Positions 52,945 to 63,815 are shown, counted from the stretch's first letter. The stretch is 64,000 bases of DNA from an uncultured Erysipelotrichaceae bacterium (GCA_902802905.1 CADCNT010000017.1:186-64185); one strand, 5' to 3'. A program made the numbers and translations. The notes: generated by a model not told the origin, from the sequence alone.

Positions 52945-52953
52945 ATTATAACA
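52945..52953 (-). promoter_or_regulatory. extended -10 promoter element (TGtTATAAT) for the STAND operon
   Basis: The minus strand reads CATGTTATAAT about 20 nt upstream of the ATG at 52926. The intergenic gap to the upstream K+ channel gene is only 50 nt. Confidence 0.4.
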
Positions 52954-52976
52954 TGCACAGACTTCATATAATTAAG

Positions 52977-53939
52977 TTATTCTTTTTGACTCTTTTCTTT
53001 TTTGGCTTTTCTTTCGGCTTCTTTTTCTTCAAGGCGTTTTTCAAGTTCCCTAATCTTTTCTTCGTCGTTTTTATGCTCGCTGGCTTTGGTTTCATTATAG
53101 AAATTAACGAAGACACTAGTGAAAGCCGCAACAACGATTAAGCCATATATTCCTAGAATTACAGACAAAACTCTTCCAATAGGAGATACAGCGTATACAT
53201 CACCTAAACCAATTGTAGTAACAATTGAGAATGAATACCATAAGCCGTCTCCAAACGTTTTAATATTGTCCTCCATAATCATGAAATAGAAGGAGAACGA
53301 TACCATCAACATGATAAGGCCATAAATAATCTCGATAATATATGTTTTACGAATGATTTTTAATAAGCCTTTTAGTTTGATTTTGCTGAATGCAAAGCCC
53401 AAAACTTCTGCAAAAGAAATAATGATAATAAAGAACAGAAGTACGGTCATGACTGATGACTCTTCAGTAGCATTAGGGCTAGCGTAAACAGCAACAAATA
53501 ACAAAACAAGAATTGAAAGAAGAACGATGTTATAAATTGTTGTGAACAATTTTCTTTTTTCGAAAATAAGACAAATTCTGTTTGCGGCAATTGTGGCTAA
53601 ATACAAGCCCAAAACAAGATGGAAGAAATAAACATATCTGCTATAAATAACGGCTATTAGTATGACAACAATTAAATAAACAGTGGCGATACCAAGGTTC
53701 TTATAGAACGCTATTTTATTTTGTCTTTCAAAGAATCCATAATAGAAAGCAAGAATGCCACGAGAAGCAGAAAGAGCAACAAACACAAGTAAAAAATACA
53801 GCTTATCAAAAGATCCTCCTGTTAGAGCATCATTTAAAGATAGAAGGGCAAAGCATAAAACCACAACCGAAGCAATTCCGAATAAAATGGAAAATAAATC
53901 AGATGGTTTAACAAAGTTCCATTTTTCTCTTATTTTCAT
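52977..53939 (-). CDS. potassium channel family protein with Lys/Glu-rich coiled C-terminal tail
   Basis: Pore helix plus selectivity-filter-like TTIGLGDVY, multiple TM helices, and a KNDEEKIRELEKRLEEKEAERKAKKEKSQKE tail. Confidence 0.7.
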   Translation of the reverse strand: MKIREKWNFVKPSDLFSILFGIASVVVLCFALLSLNDALTGGSFDKLYFLLVFVALSASRGILAFYYGFFERQNKIAFYKNLGIATVYLIVVILIAVIYSRYVYFFHLVLGLYLATIAANRICLIFEKRKLFTTIYNIVLLSILVLLFVAVYASPNATEESSVMTVLLFFIIIISFAEVLGFAFSKIKLKGLLKIIRKTYIIEIIYGLIMLMVSFSFYFMIMEDNIKTFGDGLWYSFSIVTTIGLGDVYAVSPIGRVLSVILGIYGLIVVAAFTSVFVNFYNETKASEHKNDEEKIRELEKRLEEKEAERKAKKEKSQKE

Positions 53940-55186
53940 TTTCTAAATCGATCCTTTATAGATTTTATTAACAAAATAGCAGGATTGGCATCAGGGTTTG
54001 CTTTTAGATTATTTGCCCTAGTGAATAAGTAGCCTCTTAAAATGTCGTATAAACCTTCAACATAAACCAAAGCCACTAAAGCAAGACCTGCTGCAGGAAT
54101 AATAATGTCAACAATCTTATTCTTATAAGTTCTAGTGTAATCAAAGAAGATAATAACAGGTATCAATAAAATCATTGGCACACATTTACCAAATCCTAAT
54201 TTAAAGGTACCATCAAGTGCGGATATAATTAGTTTTTCTTTTATCAATGAATCAACAGGAATATCTTGTTTTTTTAATGCAAATACAAATATGAATAATG
54301 CAATATCAAGAATCACAGCAATGATGATAACCGCCACTAAGAATAAGGAGAAATGTAATCTATTTACATTAGTGGACAAGAACTCTTTATAGTCGCTATG
54401 GGTTCTACCACGTTTGATATAGTATTTTTCTCTAAATTTTACAAATAACGCCATCGCAATGAAGATAAAAATCATTACAGGAGATTTCGTGCTCATCAAA
54501 GGAATAAAGAATGGACTAACTGAAATATAGCCTTCAGAGCAGAAGATTTTGACTAAACTAGAACCTATTTCATATAGGATTGGTAGAGCAACAAGCGCTC
54601 TAAACAAATAAATCTTCTTGTCTTGGAAATATTTAGTTGGTCGATAATTAATGAAGAAAGTAATTAAAGTGCAGAAGACTAAATCAATAAAAATATTGAT
54701 TGAAACACTACTATCATAATTCATTGCGTTTGCAACTTCTGATGCCGCGATAAATGACTTATTCCAATCATGTGACATGGAATATAATAAACCAACTCCA
54801 AAATGTAAGAAGGCAATAACAAAGACAATGTAAATACCAACTGCACCTAAAATATAAGTCCTAAGCAGCCGTTTATAACCATCTTTAGCAACAAGTACTT
54901 GTGCAAAAGCGGCAAACAAGAACAATGGAGTCATTAAGATAGAAGCGGATTGAATAGCTGTTAATAAAACAGGATTCATTACAATTAATTTAGCTTTATC
55001 TGCTAAACCTAAAATAACACCAATTTGGGCAATCACAACAAAGATCCAGCCCATTATCCTTAAATGACGGTAAGATAAAGGACCACGAAATTTAATATCA
55101 TTTTCTTTAGTAACTAAATGGATATTCTTTGCATGCCAGATTTTTACAGGTTTTTCAGAAGCAACCTTACTATTTTCTTCACTCAT
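53936..55186 (-). CDS. hypothetical polytopic membrane protein
   Basis: 416 aa with about 10 TM helices. No recognisable motif. Overlaps the downstream channel gene by 4 nt. Confidence 0.55.
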   Translation of the reverse strand: MSEENSKVASEKPVKIWHAKNIHLVTKENDIKFRGPLSYRHLRIMGWIFVVIAQIGVILGLADKAKLIVMNPVLLTAIQSASILMTPLFLFAAFAQVLVAKDGYKRLLRTYILGAVGIYIVFVIAFLHFGVGLLYSMSHDWNKSFIAASEVANAMNYDSSVSINIFIDLVFCTLITFFINYRPTKYFQDKKIYLFRALVALPILYEIGSSLVKIFCSEGYISVSPFFIPLMSTKSPVMIFIFIAMALFVKFREKYYIKRGRTHSDYKEFLSTNVNRLHFSLFLVAVIIIAVILDIALFIFVFALKKQDIPVDSLIKEKLIISALDGTFKLGFGKCVPMILLIPVIIFFDYTRTYKNKIVDIIIPAAGLALVALVYVEGLYDILRGYLFTRANNLKANPDANPAILLIKSIKDRFRK

Positions 55187-55244
55187 GCTATTTTTTCTCT
55201 CTTATTACTTATGATACTCATTTATGCTTTGCATAGCAATATTG

Positions 55245-55275
55245 AAAAAAGACACTCCTTAGTGGAATGTCTTTT
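55245..55275 (-). terminator. terminator after tRNA-His
   Basis: Hairpin AAAAGACA(C)-...-(A)TGTCTTTT. On the minus strand it is followed by TTTTTT. Confidence 0.6.
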
Positions 55276-55286
55276 GAACATCTTTC

Positions 55287-55363
55287 TGGGGCGAACGATG
55301 AGAATCGAACTCACGAATGTCTGGTTCACAGCCAGATGTGTTAACCACTTCACCACGTTCGCC
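55287..55363 (-). tRNA. tRNA-His (anticodon GTG)
   Basis: Extra G-1 opposite C73 (GGCGAACG.../...CGTTCGC-C-CCA). Anticodon arm TCTGG-CTGTGAA-CCAGA. 77 nt. Confidence 0.9.
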
Positions 55364-55419
55364 AAGTGCAAGAGATATCTTAAAGTAATATCTCTCGTTT
55401 GTAAATATAATTTATAAAA

Positions 55420-56259
55420 TTATTGTGCAGCAGAGGCTTCTGCTAACTTCTGCGCTTTTTTCTTTTCTCTATGTCTAAGATATGGAGGAACAATCCACCA
55501 CTTAAATACGAAGTAGAGAATAGCCATTAAGCCAGCACCAACGACTGCGTCGATGAAGTAATGTTGTTTAACAAAGAAAGTTGACATAACAATACCAAAA
55601 CCAAAGATGATACAGAAGATACGTAATCCAATTGGATAATGTTTTTCATCTTTGCCAGTCCATAAGCCAGACATAGCAAGAGTCATACCTACTGTAGCGT
55701 GTAAGGATGGAATACAGTTAAGTGCAGTCTCATCAGCGTGATATTGCCAAACAATACCAAATCTAAATAATGTATCTAAGTTATAAACACCTAAGGATGC
55801 ATTATAAACTTCTGCGTCAGTAGGTCTAATCATCTTCACTTGTTGAATTAAGAAGCAGATGCACGCAAGTAATGTTGTCGCCATTGTTGAGAATACAAGG
55901 GTGCACATTTTCTTCTTATCAAAGAATGATAAGCACCAAAGCATAAACTCAGGAACAACATAATAAAGGATGTAAAAGAAATAGAAATAAGGAATAAGAG
56001 GAATAGCGTTATCAATCCACATCGCGTATGGTCCAGCACTATAAGGAATGTTTGGATTACCAAAATAAGCAGGATTAGATGGAATATAAGCAATGCCAAA
56101 ATAAAGTACTGCTTTAAAACCATACATCACAAATGCTAAAACAAGATATTGTAAATGTAACTTACTCCAAAAATGTCCGAATTTGGAATCATGGAACACA
56201 TAGACTAATTTATCGTGAATATTTTGAAAAATATTTCTCTTTTGAGTTTGCTTAGGCAT
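55420..56259 (-). CDS. PAP2-superfamily (PAP2_C / sphingolipid-synthase-like) membrane protein
   Basis: IPSLHATVGM and KQHYFIDAVVGAG motifs (SxH ... HxxxD) within a polytopic protein. Confidence 0.6.
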   Translation of the reverse strand: MPKQTQKRNIFQNIHDKLVYVFHDSKFGHFWSKLHLQYLVLAFVMYGFKAVLYFGIAYIPSNPAYFGNPNIPYSAGPYAMWIDNAIPLIPYFYFFYILYYVVPEFMLWCLSFFDKKKMCTLVFSTMATTLLACICFLIQQVKMIRPTDAEVYNASLGVYNLDTLFRFGIVWQYHADETALNCIPSLHATVGMTLAMSGLWTGKDEKHYPIGLRIFCIIFGFGIVMSTFFVKQHYFIDAVVGAGLMAILYFVFKWWIVPPYLRHREKKKAQKLAEASAAQ

Positions 56260-56262
56260 TTC

Positions 56263-57633
56263 CTATTCCGCCTTTAAAAATGCGATATATCCACGATATG
56301 CTTCGTATAAGTCAGCTTTGGAAATGATTTCTTGTGGAGCATGCATGTTAAGCACTGGGATACCAGCATCAATAACATTCATGTTGTAATTACCTAAAAT
56401 ATAGGCAATTGTTCCGCCGCCGCCTTGGTCAACTTTACCAAGTTCAGCGTTATGCCAATTAACTTTAGCGTCATCCATTACTCTTCTAATCCAAGCATAG
56501 TATTCTGGGTTAGAATCGTTAGAACCAGATTTGCCTCTAGCGCCTGTGTATTTGTTAAAAACTAATCCATAAGATAAGTAAGCTGCGTTATTTGGATCGG
56601 ATACTCCTGGGAACAAAGGATCAAAACCAGCAGAAACATCACTAGATAACATTTTAGAATTTTCCATGGTTAATCTTGCTTTCCATAAAGCATCTTTTTC
56701 GCCTGCTAATTCTAATAATTTAGCAATAGCATTTTCAAAGAAACGGGATTGAGCACCAGTAGCACCAACAGAACCAATTTCTTCTTTATCCACTAAAACA
56801 CAACATGCTGTGTAATCAACAGTATCAACATCTAATAACGCTCTTAAAGAGGAATATGCACAGCATCTATCATCATGGCCATAACCAGCAATCATGGATC
56901 TATCTAGACCATAGTCTCTAGCTTTTCCAGCTGGGACAACTTCAATTTCGGCAGAAATTAAGTCTTCTTCTTCAATACCATATTTTTCTTTTAAGATAGC
57001 AAGAACATTAGCTTTAACAGCGTTCTTTTCATCACCTTTAAGTGGTTTACTACCAATAGTAATATCAAGTGATTCGCCTTCTATAAGTTTTGCACCTGGT
57101 TTAGCCATTTGATCAGCGGCTAAGTGTGGTAATAAATCAGAGATACCAACGACTGGGTCTTTTTCATCATCGCCGATGTGAATCTCAACGGAAGTCCCGT
57201 CTTTTTTACAAACAACACCATGTAAAGCTAGAGGAATTGTCACCCATTGATATTTTTTAATACCACCATAGTAGTGTGTATCAGCAAGAGCGTATTCGGC
57301 TCTTTCATAAATTGGGTGTTCCTTTAAGTCTAATCTTGGGGAATCGATGTGAGCGCCTAAAATTCTTAAGCCATCACTAATTGGTTTGCTACCAATAATA
57401 AAGGCACAAACATTCTTATTCTTATTAATAAAATAGACTTTGTCACCTGGTTTCACTTTTTTAAGTGATTCCACATTTTTAAATCCAGCAGCGTCAAGTC
57501 TTTTAGCGGCTTCTCTTGTTGCTAATCTTTCAGTTTTGGCAGCACTTAAGAATTCTTTATATTCGTCCGCTAACTTATAGACTTTCTTTTCTTCTGCTTT
57601 GTTATATTTTTTCCAAGCATTTTCTCGATACAT
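56263..57633 (-). CDS. M18-family aminopeptidase
   Basis: GAHIDSPRLDLK, GHDDRCC, VDKEEIGS and NMHAPQE motifs are typical of M18/aminopeptidase I-type zinc enzymes. Confidence 0.7.
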   Translation of the reverse strand: MYRENAWKKYNKAEEKKVYKLADEYKEFLSAAKTERLATREAAKRLDAAGFKNVESLKKVKPGDKVYFINKNKNVCAFIIGSKPISDGLRILGAHIDSPRLDLKEHPIYERAEYALADTHYYGGIKKYQWVTIPLALHGVVCKKDGTSVEIHIGDDEKDPVVGISDLLPHLAADQMAKPGAKLIEGESLDITIGSKPLKGDEKNAVKANVLAILKEKYGIEEEDLISAEIEVVPAGKARDYGLDRSMIAGYGHDDRCCAYSSLRALLDVDTVDYTACCVLVDKEEIGSVGATGAQSRFFENAIAKLLELAGEKDALWKARLTMENSKMLSSDVSAGFDPLFPGVSDPNNAAYLSYGLVFNKYTGARGKSGSNDSNPEYYAWIRRVMDDAKVNWHNAELGKVDQGGGGTIAYILGNYNMNVIDAGIPVLNMHAPQEIISKADLYEAYRGYIAFLKAE

Positions 57634-57700
57634 ATATTTACGTCCTCCGTATTTTTGCTTTTATATAATACCAAAAATTAAAATTTTTGCTAATAATATA

Positions 57701-58906
57701 CTAATCTTTAATAATCTCCGCTAAGCCACCTAATGAGGTTTCTTTATATTTTTCATTCATGTCTAAACCAGTTTTATACATTGTTCTAATTGAATCATCA
57801 TAAGATACATGAATATCATCGTTAGGAATAACAATAGCTAATTTCACGGCATTAATTGCTTTAATCGCATAAATTGCGCATCTTTCAATACATGGAATCT
57901 GCACATATCCATCAACCGGATCACAAGTTAAGCCTAAAGAATGTTCGAGAGCAATTTCCGCTGATTGGACTATGTCCACAATATCTTTACCAAAGCAGAA
58001 CGCAATCATGGCGGCGCCCATAGAGCAAGCTACACCAATTTCAGCTTGGCAACCACATTCTGCTCCAGATACTGAAGCATTAATCTTACAAACGATGCCA
58101 AATAAACCTGCTACCGCTAAACCTTTAATGATGTTTTCATCGCTTACTTTTTTCATTCTTAAATATTTCACACATCCAGGAATAACGCCTGCACTACCAC
58201 AGGTAGGAGCGGTAACAATAATTCCACCGGCAGCATTTTCTTCGGCAACAGCAAAAGATGCAATAGCAACATTCATTGCCACATCATTTTCGCCTAAAGC
58301 TGTATCTTCCATGGCGTCATACATCGCTTTAGCTTTTCTTTTAACTTTGAGTTTCCCAGGTAAAAGGCCTTCCGCTTTTAAGCCTCTTTCGTAGGCTTCA
58401 TCCATCACTTTTAAAACATTTTTACAATATTCATAAATGTCATTATCTTCAAATTTGCAAACATAGTCATAGAAAGATAAATCGTTCTCCTGGCAGTACT
58501 TCACAATTTCTTTCATATGAGTATGAGGATAGATATATGTCTTCTCAGAAGCATTAAGACTATCAGCGGTAATGATAGAACCACCACCAATAGAAATTAC
58601 TTTTTCTGTATGAGTTTTATTATTAGAATCCACTACTTTAAATTTCATGGTGTTTGGATGTTGGGTTTTCGTGGTTGTATCAAAAACAATCGTGTGTTCT
58701 ACACCTTTTAAAGCAACATCAATGATGTAATCAGTTAAGTGGCCTTTTCCAGTGAACGCTAAAGATTCATATAAAGTGACTTCAACACTTTTTATATCAC
58801 TATATTTTTCTAAAATATATTGGCAAGCAAAATAAGGTCCCATTGTGTGAGACGAACTCGGTCCATGCCCGGTAATAAATATTTCTTTAATTGAACGTAG
58901 ACCCAT
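57701..58906 (-). CDS. sdaA: L-serine ammonia-lyase (iron-sulfur dependent)
   Basis: N-terminal GHGPSSSHTMGP motif plus the Cys-rich alpha-domain (GAECGCQAEIGVA, CIERC). Confidence 0.8.
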   Translation of the reverse strand: MGLRSIKEIFITGHGPSSSHTMGPYFACQYILEKYSDIKSVEVTLYESLAFTGKGHLTDYIIDVALKGVEHTIVFDTTTKTQHPNTMKFKVVDSNNKTHTEKVISIGGGSIITADSLNASEKTYIYPHTHMKEIVKYCQENDLSFYDYVCKFEDNDIYEYCKNVLKVMDEAYERGLKAEGLLPGKLKVKRKAKAMYDAMEDTALGENDVAMNVAIASFAVAEENAAGGIIVTAPTCGSAGVIPGCVKYLRMKKVSDENIIKGLAVAGLFGIVCKINASVSGAECGCQAEIGVACSMGAAMIAFCFGKDIVDIVQSAEIALEHSLGLTCDPVDGYVQIPCIERCAIYAIKAINAVKLAIVIPNDDIHVSYDDSIRTMYKTGLDMNEKYKETSLGGLAEIIKD

Positions 58907-58923
58907 AAATATACCTTAGAAGA

Positions 58924-59682
58924 TTATTTCACTTTAATATTGTTTTCAGAATAGATAACTTTAGTGTCTTTAACCACAGAGTTCACAATAAAGACGTTAG
59001 AACCAATAACCACTCTTTCTTCAATGACAGTTTCTCCGCCCAAGATGGATGCACCCGCATAAATAGTAACGTGGTCTTTAATGGTTGGATGACGCTTTAC
59101 TCCGTGTAATGCTTGACCACCATCAAGAGAAAGAGCGCCTAAGGTGACTCCGTGATACATTTTCACGTAGTTACCAATTTCACTTGTTTCACCGATAACA
59201 ACACCAGTGCCATGGTCGATAAAGAAAGGACAACCGATCTTACAAGCTGGATGAATATCAATTCCAGTTTTAGAATGCGCAATTTCAGTAATAATACGCG
59301 GTACATAGCATACGCCTAATTTATGAAGTTCATGGGCAATGCGGTAGTAGGCAATTGCCATAAAGCCAGGATACGCCATGATAATTTCGTCTTTGCTATC
59401 AGCGGCAGGATCACTTTCATAGAAAAAATCTAAATCTTTATCTAATTTTTTCTTTAATTCAGGAAGTTTAGATAAAAAACCATCAGCGGTTGTTTTACAA
59501 ATATGTTGTTGATAAATTTCTCTAATCAATTTCAATTTATTTTGTTTGTACAAAGTAATAGATTTACCAGCATCTTCAAAATAATTTGGATATAAAAAAT
59601 TTTTCACTTCTTTAAGGAAGTATTTAACTTTGTCTCTTTTTGGAAAGGTTTCAAAACATTTATTCATAACGCGTATATGCAT
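58924..59682 (-). CDS. cysE: serine O-acetyltransferase
   Basis: DPAA...YPGF.AI..YR.AH N-domain and left-handed beta-helix hexapeptides (IDIHPACKIG, FIDHGTGVVIGET, GKRHPTI-like). Confidence 0.85.
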   Translation of the reverse strand: MHIRVMNKCFETFPKRDKVKYFLKEVKNFLYPNYFEDAGKSITLYKQNKLKLIREIYQQHICKTTADGFLSKLPELKKKLDKDLDFFYESDPAADSKDEIIMAYPGFMAIAYYRIAHELHKLGVCYVPRIITEIAHSKTGIDIHPACKIGCPFFIDHGTGVVIGETSEIGNYVKMYHGVTLGALSLDGGQALHGVKRHPTIKDHVTIYAGASILGGETVIEERVVIGSNVFIVNSVVKDTKVIYSENNIKVK

Positions 59683-59755
59683 ATATATTAGATTAGGGCA
59701 TAAAAATTATCAAATAATATGAAAAAGTTATATAATTTAGTAGAGGAATTTTTAT

Positions 59756-60658
59756 ATGGCAAAAAAAGATATTTTAATTACCGCTGTTGATGGATATCAA
59801 CTATCCTGCAGTGTTTTTGAAGCAAGCACTCCAAAAGCAGTTGTGCAAATTATCCATGGCATGGAAGAACATAAAGAAAGATATGACTTATTCGCTGAAT
59901 TTTTAGCGACTAAAGGTTTAACTGTAATTACTAGTGATTTAAGAGGACACGGCAAAAACGCTCCTATTCTTTCTCACATTTCCAATAAAAGAGGTGACAA
60001 ACTCTTAATTGAAGACCAAAAAGCAATTAGAAAATATATTGAAGAAAAATATCCAGAATTACCTGTCTACTTATTTGGTCATTCGATGGGCACAATTATT
60101 TCTAGAGTGTTAATCCAAAGTGAAGGCGATAAATATGAAAAGGTGGCGTTAAGTGGATATGTTAATCCTAATCCTGTTGCAGGTATCGCGGTTGCTTTAA
60201 CTCATATCATTAATTGTTTCAAGGGGCCAAAAGGACATTCAAAATTATTAACCACTTTAAGTACTGGCTCATTTAACAAAACCATTGAAAATCCAAGAAC
60301 AGAATTGGATTGGCTATCATATAACGAAGAGAATGTTGATCGTTACATCGCTAGCCCACTCTGTGGAGTTGAATTCACAATTGGTAGTTATTATGCCTTA
60401 ATGAAATTACTATCAAGAATGGGCAAAGCTAAAGCCTATAAACAAGCAAAAGAGGCCACCCCTATTTTGTTAATCGCCGGAAAAGACGATCCTTGTACCG
60501 GTTTTGAAAAAGGAAGAGAAGATTCAAAAGCATTGCTTGAAAAGGCTGGCTATAAGGCAATAGAAGTTGTGACTCTTGAAAATATGAGACACGAAATCCT
60601 AAACGAAAAAGAGAATCAAAAAGTATACGAAGAAATTGCAAACTTCTTCTTAAAATAA
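59756..60658 (+). CDS. alpha/beta hydrolase (lysophospholipase / monoglyceride-lipase-like)
   Basis: HGMEEH oxyanion region, GHSMGT nucleophile elbow, and a C-terminal H in RHEILNE. Confidence 0.8.
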   Translation: MAKKDILITAVDGYQLSCSVFEASTPKAVVQIIHGMEEHKERYDLFAEFLATKGLTVITSDLRGHGKNAPILSHISNKRGDKLLIEDQKAIRKYIEEKYPELPVYLFGHSMGTIISRVLIQSEGDKYEKVALSGYVNPNPVAGIAVALTHIINCFKGPKGHSKLLTTLSTGSFNKTIENPRTELDWLSYNEENVDRYIASPLCGVEFTIGSYYALMKLLSRMGKAKAYKQAKEATPILLIAGKDDPCTGFEKGREDSKALLEKAGYKAIEVVTLENMRHEILNEKENQKVYEEIANFFLK

Positions 60659-60696
60659 GGTGACTTCGGTCATCTTTTTTATTAAAAAGGTGAGAC

Positions 60697-61821
60697 TTAA
60701 ATCTCACCAATTTTTCTTTTAAATGTTTGCCTTCTTTGACGGACTGTCTTTTCCATCCCTTTCCAGGTTTGGAGCATCTTGCTATTCGTAGTTAGCACTG
60801 GATCCATCAAGATTTCCGTAATGTTATGTTTTTTAAACGAATTAATGAACTTATCCACCACCAGAGCGTGAATGCCGTAATTACGATAAATTGGATCAAC
60901 CCCAATTAGAGCAAGTTCCACCGCTTTTGGATTTTTAATAGTTAAAAGTAGAGGAATAGCCGCTCTTAACATTCTTCCTTTTGCCTGTCTAAGTACTTTG
61001 CCGATATAAGGTAGACCAACACCAAAAGCAACAACATTATCAGTTTTATCAACAATCACTGAAAAATAATTTCGATTTAAAATAGTGCCAAATTGTTTTA
61101 AAGTTGCTTTTATTGATTCACCTTCAACAGGAATGAAATTGTCTAACGCAGCATAGCTGCGGTTATAACATTCGAAGAATTTATTTCCGTATTCTTTAAT
61201 AATTTTCTTTACTGGCATCATATCAGTAAGGTCACGATAACCTTGAATGCGTAAAGTTTCCGCGACTTCATGGAATCTTGGATCAGTGTGATTGATGTCG
61301 AATTGGAATTCAACCCATTCGCTCTCTTTCTCAAATCCAAGTTTTTCCATAAATTCTATATAGTAGGGATAAGAATAGTTTGTCGCATAGTTTGATATTT
61401 TATCAAACCCGTCTGTAAGCATTCCTTCACGGTCTGTATCATTAAATCCCCAGGGTCCGTGAATATATTCAAGTCCATTTTCTTTTCCATAATTCATGAC
61501 CGCCTTAATTAACGCTTTAGCAACTTCAATGTCATCTATAAAATCAATACGATTAAATCTAATGTTCTTCTCATTAAACTTTTTGTTAGATTCGTGATTG
61601 ATAATGCCACAGATTCTTCCGACTACTTTTTTATCTTTATACGCTAAAAAGCATTTACATTCACTGGTGCCTTTAGATAAATTTTTACTACCATCTTTAA
61701 TGACCATTTCATCTTCAACGATGCTTGGTACATAATATTTGCATTTGCGATAGAGTTTAATAGGAAAAGTAGCAAACGTTTTCATTTGCTTTTTATTAAT
61801 TGCTTCCACTATTTCAATCAT
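60697..61821 (-). CDS. hypothetical protein, possibly GNAT-like acyltransferase fold
   Basis: 374-aa ORF. A RNYGIHAL segment resembles the acetyl-CoA binding loop. Weak assignment. Confidence 0.4.
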   Translation of the reverse strand: MIEIVEAINKKQMKTFATFPIKLYRKCKYYVPSIVEDEMVIKDGSKNLSKGTSECKCFLAYKDKKVVGRICGIINHESNKKFNEKNIRFNRIDFIDDIEVAKALIKAVMNYGKENGLEYIHGPWGFNDTDREGMLTDGFDKISNYATNYSYPYYIEFMEKLGFEKESEWVEFQFDINHTDPRFHEVAETLRIQGYRDLTDMMPVKKIIKEYGNKFFECYNRSYAALDNFIPVEGESIKATLKQFGTILNRNYFSVIVDKTDNVVAFGVGLPYIGKVLRQAKGRMLRAAIPLLLTIKNPKAVELALIGVDPIYRNYGIHALVVDKFINSFKKHNITEILMDPVLTTNSKMLQTWKGMEKTVRQRRQTFKRKIGEI

Positions 61822-61964
61822 CTTATTACCTGCAAAACTCTAATATTATATGTAATTATTCTTTTTTATAAAAGAAAAAGATTTATACCTCTTTATAAAG
61901 CATTAAAAAAACACCTTAGGCGTTAACCAAAGGTGTTAATTTATTCAACAAATCAAAACTCTTA

Positions 61965-62537
61965 TTATTCAGCTTTTTCTTCAAGGTAATAACTAGCGGC
62001 CATGAATAAAAGTTGATCATCTTCGCCTTCTGCATTAGCAGGAATGAAGTTAGCTTGAATGAGGATAAGAACATATTGTGCGGAAACAAAAGCGCCTTCT
62101 TTGTCTGTTTTGACTTTTCCAACATATAAAGCACCAGTGAAATATCCATCTGCTTCTTTGAGTTCATAATCTGGTTCAAAAAGAAGTTGATCATCATATT
62201 TGGTTGTGAATGCTGAAATTTCAGCTGGTTCTTCAGCTGTACCAACGAGAATCTCATTGTAACAATCCGCTATAGTTGTACCAGATTGTAAGGTGAAAAT
62301 TAAACCACCAAAATATTGGCTTGTGCTGCCTTCCATATACCAACCATGTTCAGCAAGTTCACCATCAGCAGTAATTTCTTCAATTTCAGCATATTTCAAA
62401 GATTCTTTTCCAAAAGATAATGAGAATAAATCTGTGAGCATTGCTTTTGCGTTTGGTTTTGAAGGTGCACTATTATTACATCCTACTAAGGCTACTAACG
62501 AGACCATAGAGAGTGCTAATAAACTACTCTTTTTCAT
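61965..62537 (-). CDS. putative lipoprotein, unknown function
   Basis: MKKSSLLALSMVSLVALVGC signal peptide with lipobox. The ORF-track N-terminal extension to 62606 is unlikely. Confidence 0.6.
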   Translation of the reverse strand: MKKSSLLALSMVSLVALVGCNNSAPSKPNAKAMLTDLFSLSFGKESLKYAEIEEITADGELAEHGWYMEGSTSQYFGGLIFTLQSGTTIADCYNEILVGTAEEPAEISAFTTKYDDQLLFEPDYELKEADGYFTGALYVGKVKTDKEGAFVSAQYVLILIQANFIPANAEGEDDQLLFMAASYYLEEKAE

Positions 62538-62635
62538 ATATAAATCTCCTTTCTGAAAATTTGTAAGTTTGGAAATAATATATGCCAAAAATAAGTTTAA
62601 TTGCAAATATTTTTAATATTTTTTGCTGAATTAGA

Positions 62636-63235
62636 TTAAATATTTTTGTTGGCTCTATTATAAATAGAGACGTGTTGCATAACTTTATATAAACTTGGTG
62701 CGATAATTGCAGTAGTTAAAACTTCAAATACAAAGTTAAAACCAATTAAAGATATAAATAACGCGCTTGCGATATTAGTTGGATTAATTCCTTTTAAGAT
62801 ATCCATAAAGAACAATAAACAGAATATAGCAAACACTCCAGTGTTGATTACCGGGATAAGGATAGACACCAAAATAATTCCAACAGTTTCATGTTTTTTC
62901 TTAAATAGTTTCATTAATAATCCAGCGATAATTCCTGCTAAAGTTGTCTTTAAAATACAAGCCAAAACTGTGCCGATTGGACTAACCGAAAAGAAGAAGG
63001 AAATGGTACTAGGAGAGAATAGAGTCATTACCCCAGAAACAAGTCCTAAAAATCCACCAACGACTGGTCCGTAAAGAATTGCGCCTAAAGCAATAATAAT
63101 TAAAGAGAAATTAAGATTAGCGAATCCACCAGGGATGATAATGTAGTTACCAATTAGTTGTAACACTATTTCTATCGCTAATAGGACACCTGTGGTCGCT
63201 ATCATTTTTGTGTTAAAAAATCTCTTCTTTTCCAT
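62636..63235 (-). CDS. ECF transporter S (substrate-binding) component
   Basis: 199 aa with 6 TM helices. The N-terminal KMIATTGVLLAIEIVL pattern is typical of ECF S components. Substrate not assignable. Confidence 0.6.
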   Translation of the reverse strand: MEKKRFFNTKMIATTGVLLAIEIVLQLIGNYIIIPGGFANLNFSLIIIALGAILYGPVVGGFLGLVSGVMTLFSPSTISFFFSVSPIGTVLACILKTTLAGIIAGLLMKLFKKKHETVGIILVSILIPVINTGVFAIFCLLFFMDILKGINPTNIASALFISLIGFNFVFEVLTTAIIAPSLYKVMQHVSIYNRANKNI

Positions 63236-63340
63236 ACAGGATATTTATTATACGTATGATTTTATCTTTTGATAAGTTTTATTTTTCTTTATTTTTAAAA
63301 TTAGATTGTATACAATTTATTTGTGACAGGAGGAATTATA

Positions 63341-63814
63341 ATGTCAGTTTATGAATTTAAAGTTAAAAAACAAAATGGAGAAGAAATCTCTCTTAAAGAA
63401 TTTGAAGGCAAAGTTTTATTAATTGTTAACACCGCTACAAGATGTGGATTCACCCCACAATATGATGGTTTAGAAAAGTTATATGAAGAATATCATGAAC
63501 AAGGATTTGAAGTTCTTGATTTTCCATGTAATCAATTCTTCCATCAAGCACCTGAAAGCGATGAAGAAATCAATCACGTTTGTTCGCTTAAATTCAACAC
63601 CAAATTTTTAAGATTTAAGAAAGTTGATGTGAATGGAGATAAAGCAGAACCACTTTTCAAATACCTCTGTACAAAAGACGGTAAATACAAAAGAGTTAAA
63701 TGGAATTTCACTAAATTTTTAGTGAATAAAACAGGTGAAGTCATTGCAAGGTTTGAACCAACAGTTAAACCTGCAGATATCGAAGAAAGAATTAAAAAAG
63801 CATTAGCGGAATAA
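63341..63814 (+). CDS. glutathione peroxidase (Cys-type)
   Basis: VNTATRCGFTPQY active site, FPCNQF and WNFTKFLV motifs. AGGAGG SD lies 7 nt upstream of the ATG at 63341. Confidence 0.9.
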   Translation: MSVYEFKVKKQNGEEISLKEFEGKVLLIVNTATRCGFTPQYDGLEKLYEEYHEQGFEVLDFPCNQFFHQAPESDEEINHVCSLKFNTKFLRFKKVDVNGDKAEPLFKYLCTKDGKYKRVKWNFTKFLVNKTGEVIARFEPTVKPADIEERIKKALAE

Positions 63815-63815
63815 C

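Noticed and set aside
61916-62606. ORF 61916-62257 and the N-terminal extension of 61965-62606.
   Set aside because: The 113-aa ORF is an alternative frame with low-complexity sequence. The lipoprotein frame has a canonical signal peptide starting at the Met at 62537, so the upstream 23 codons are unlikely to be translated.
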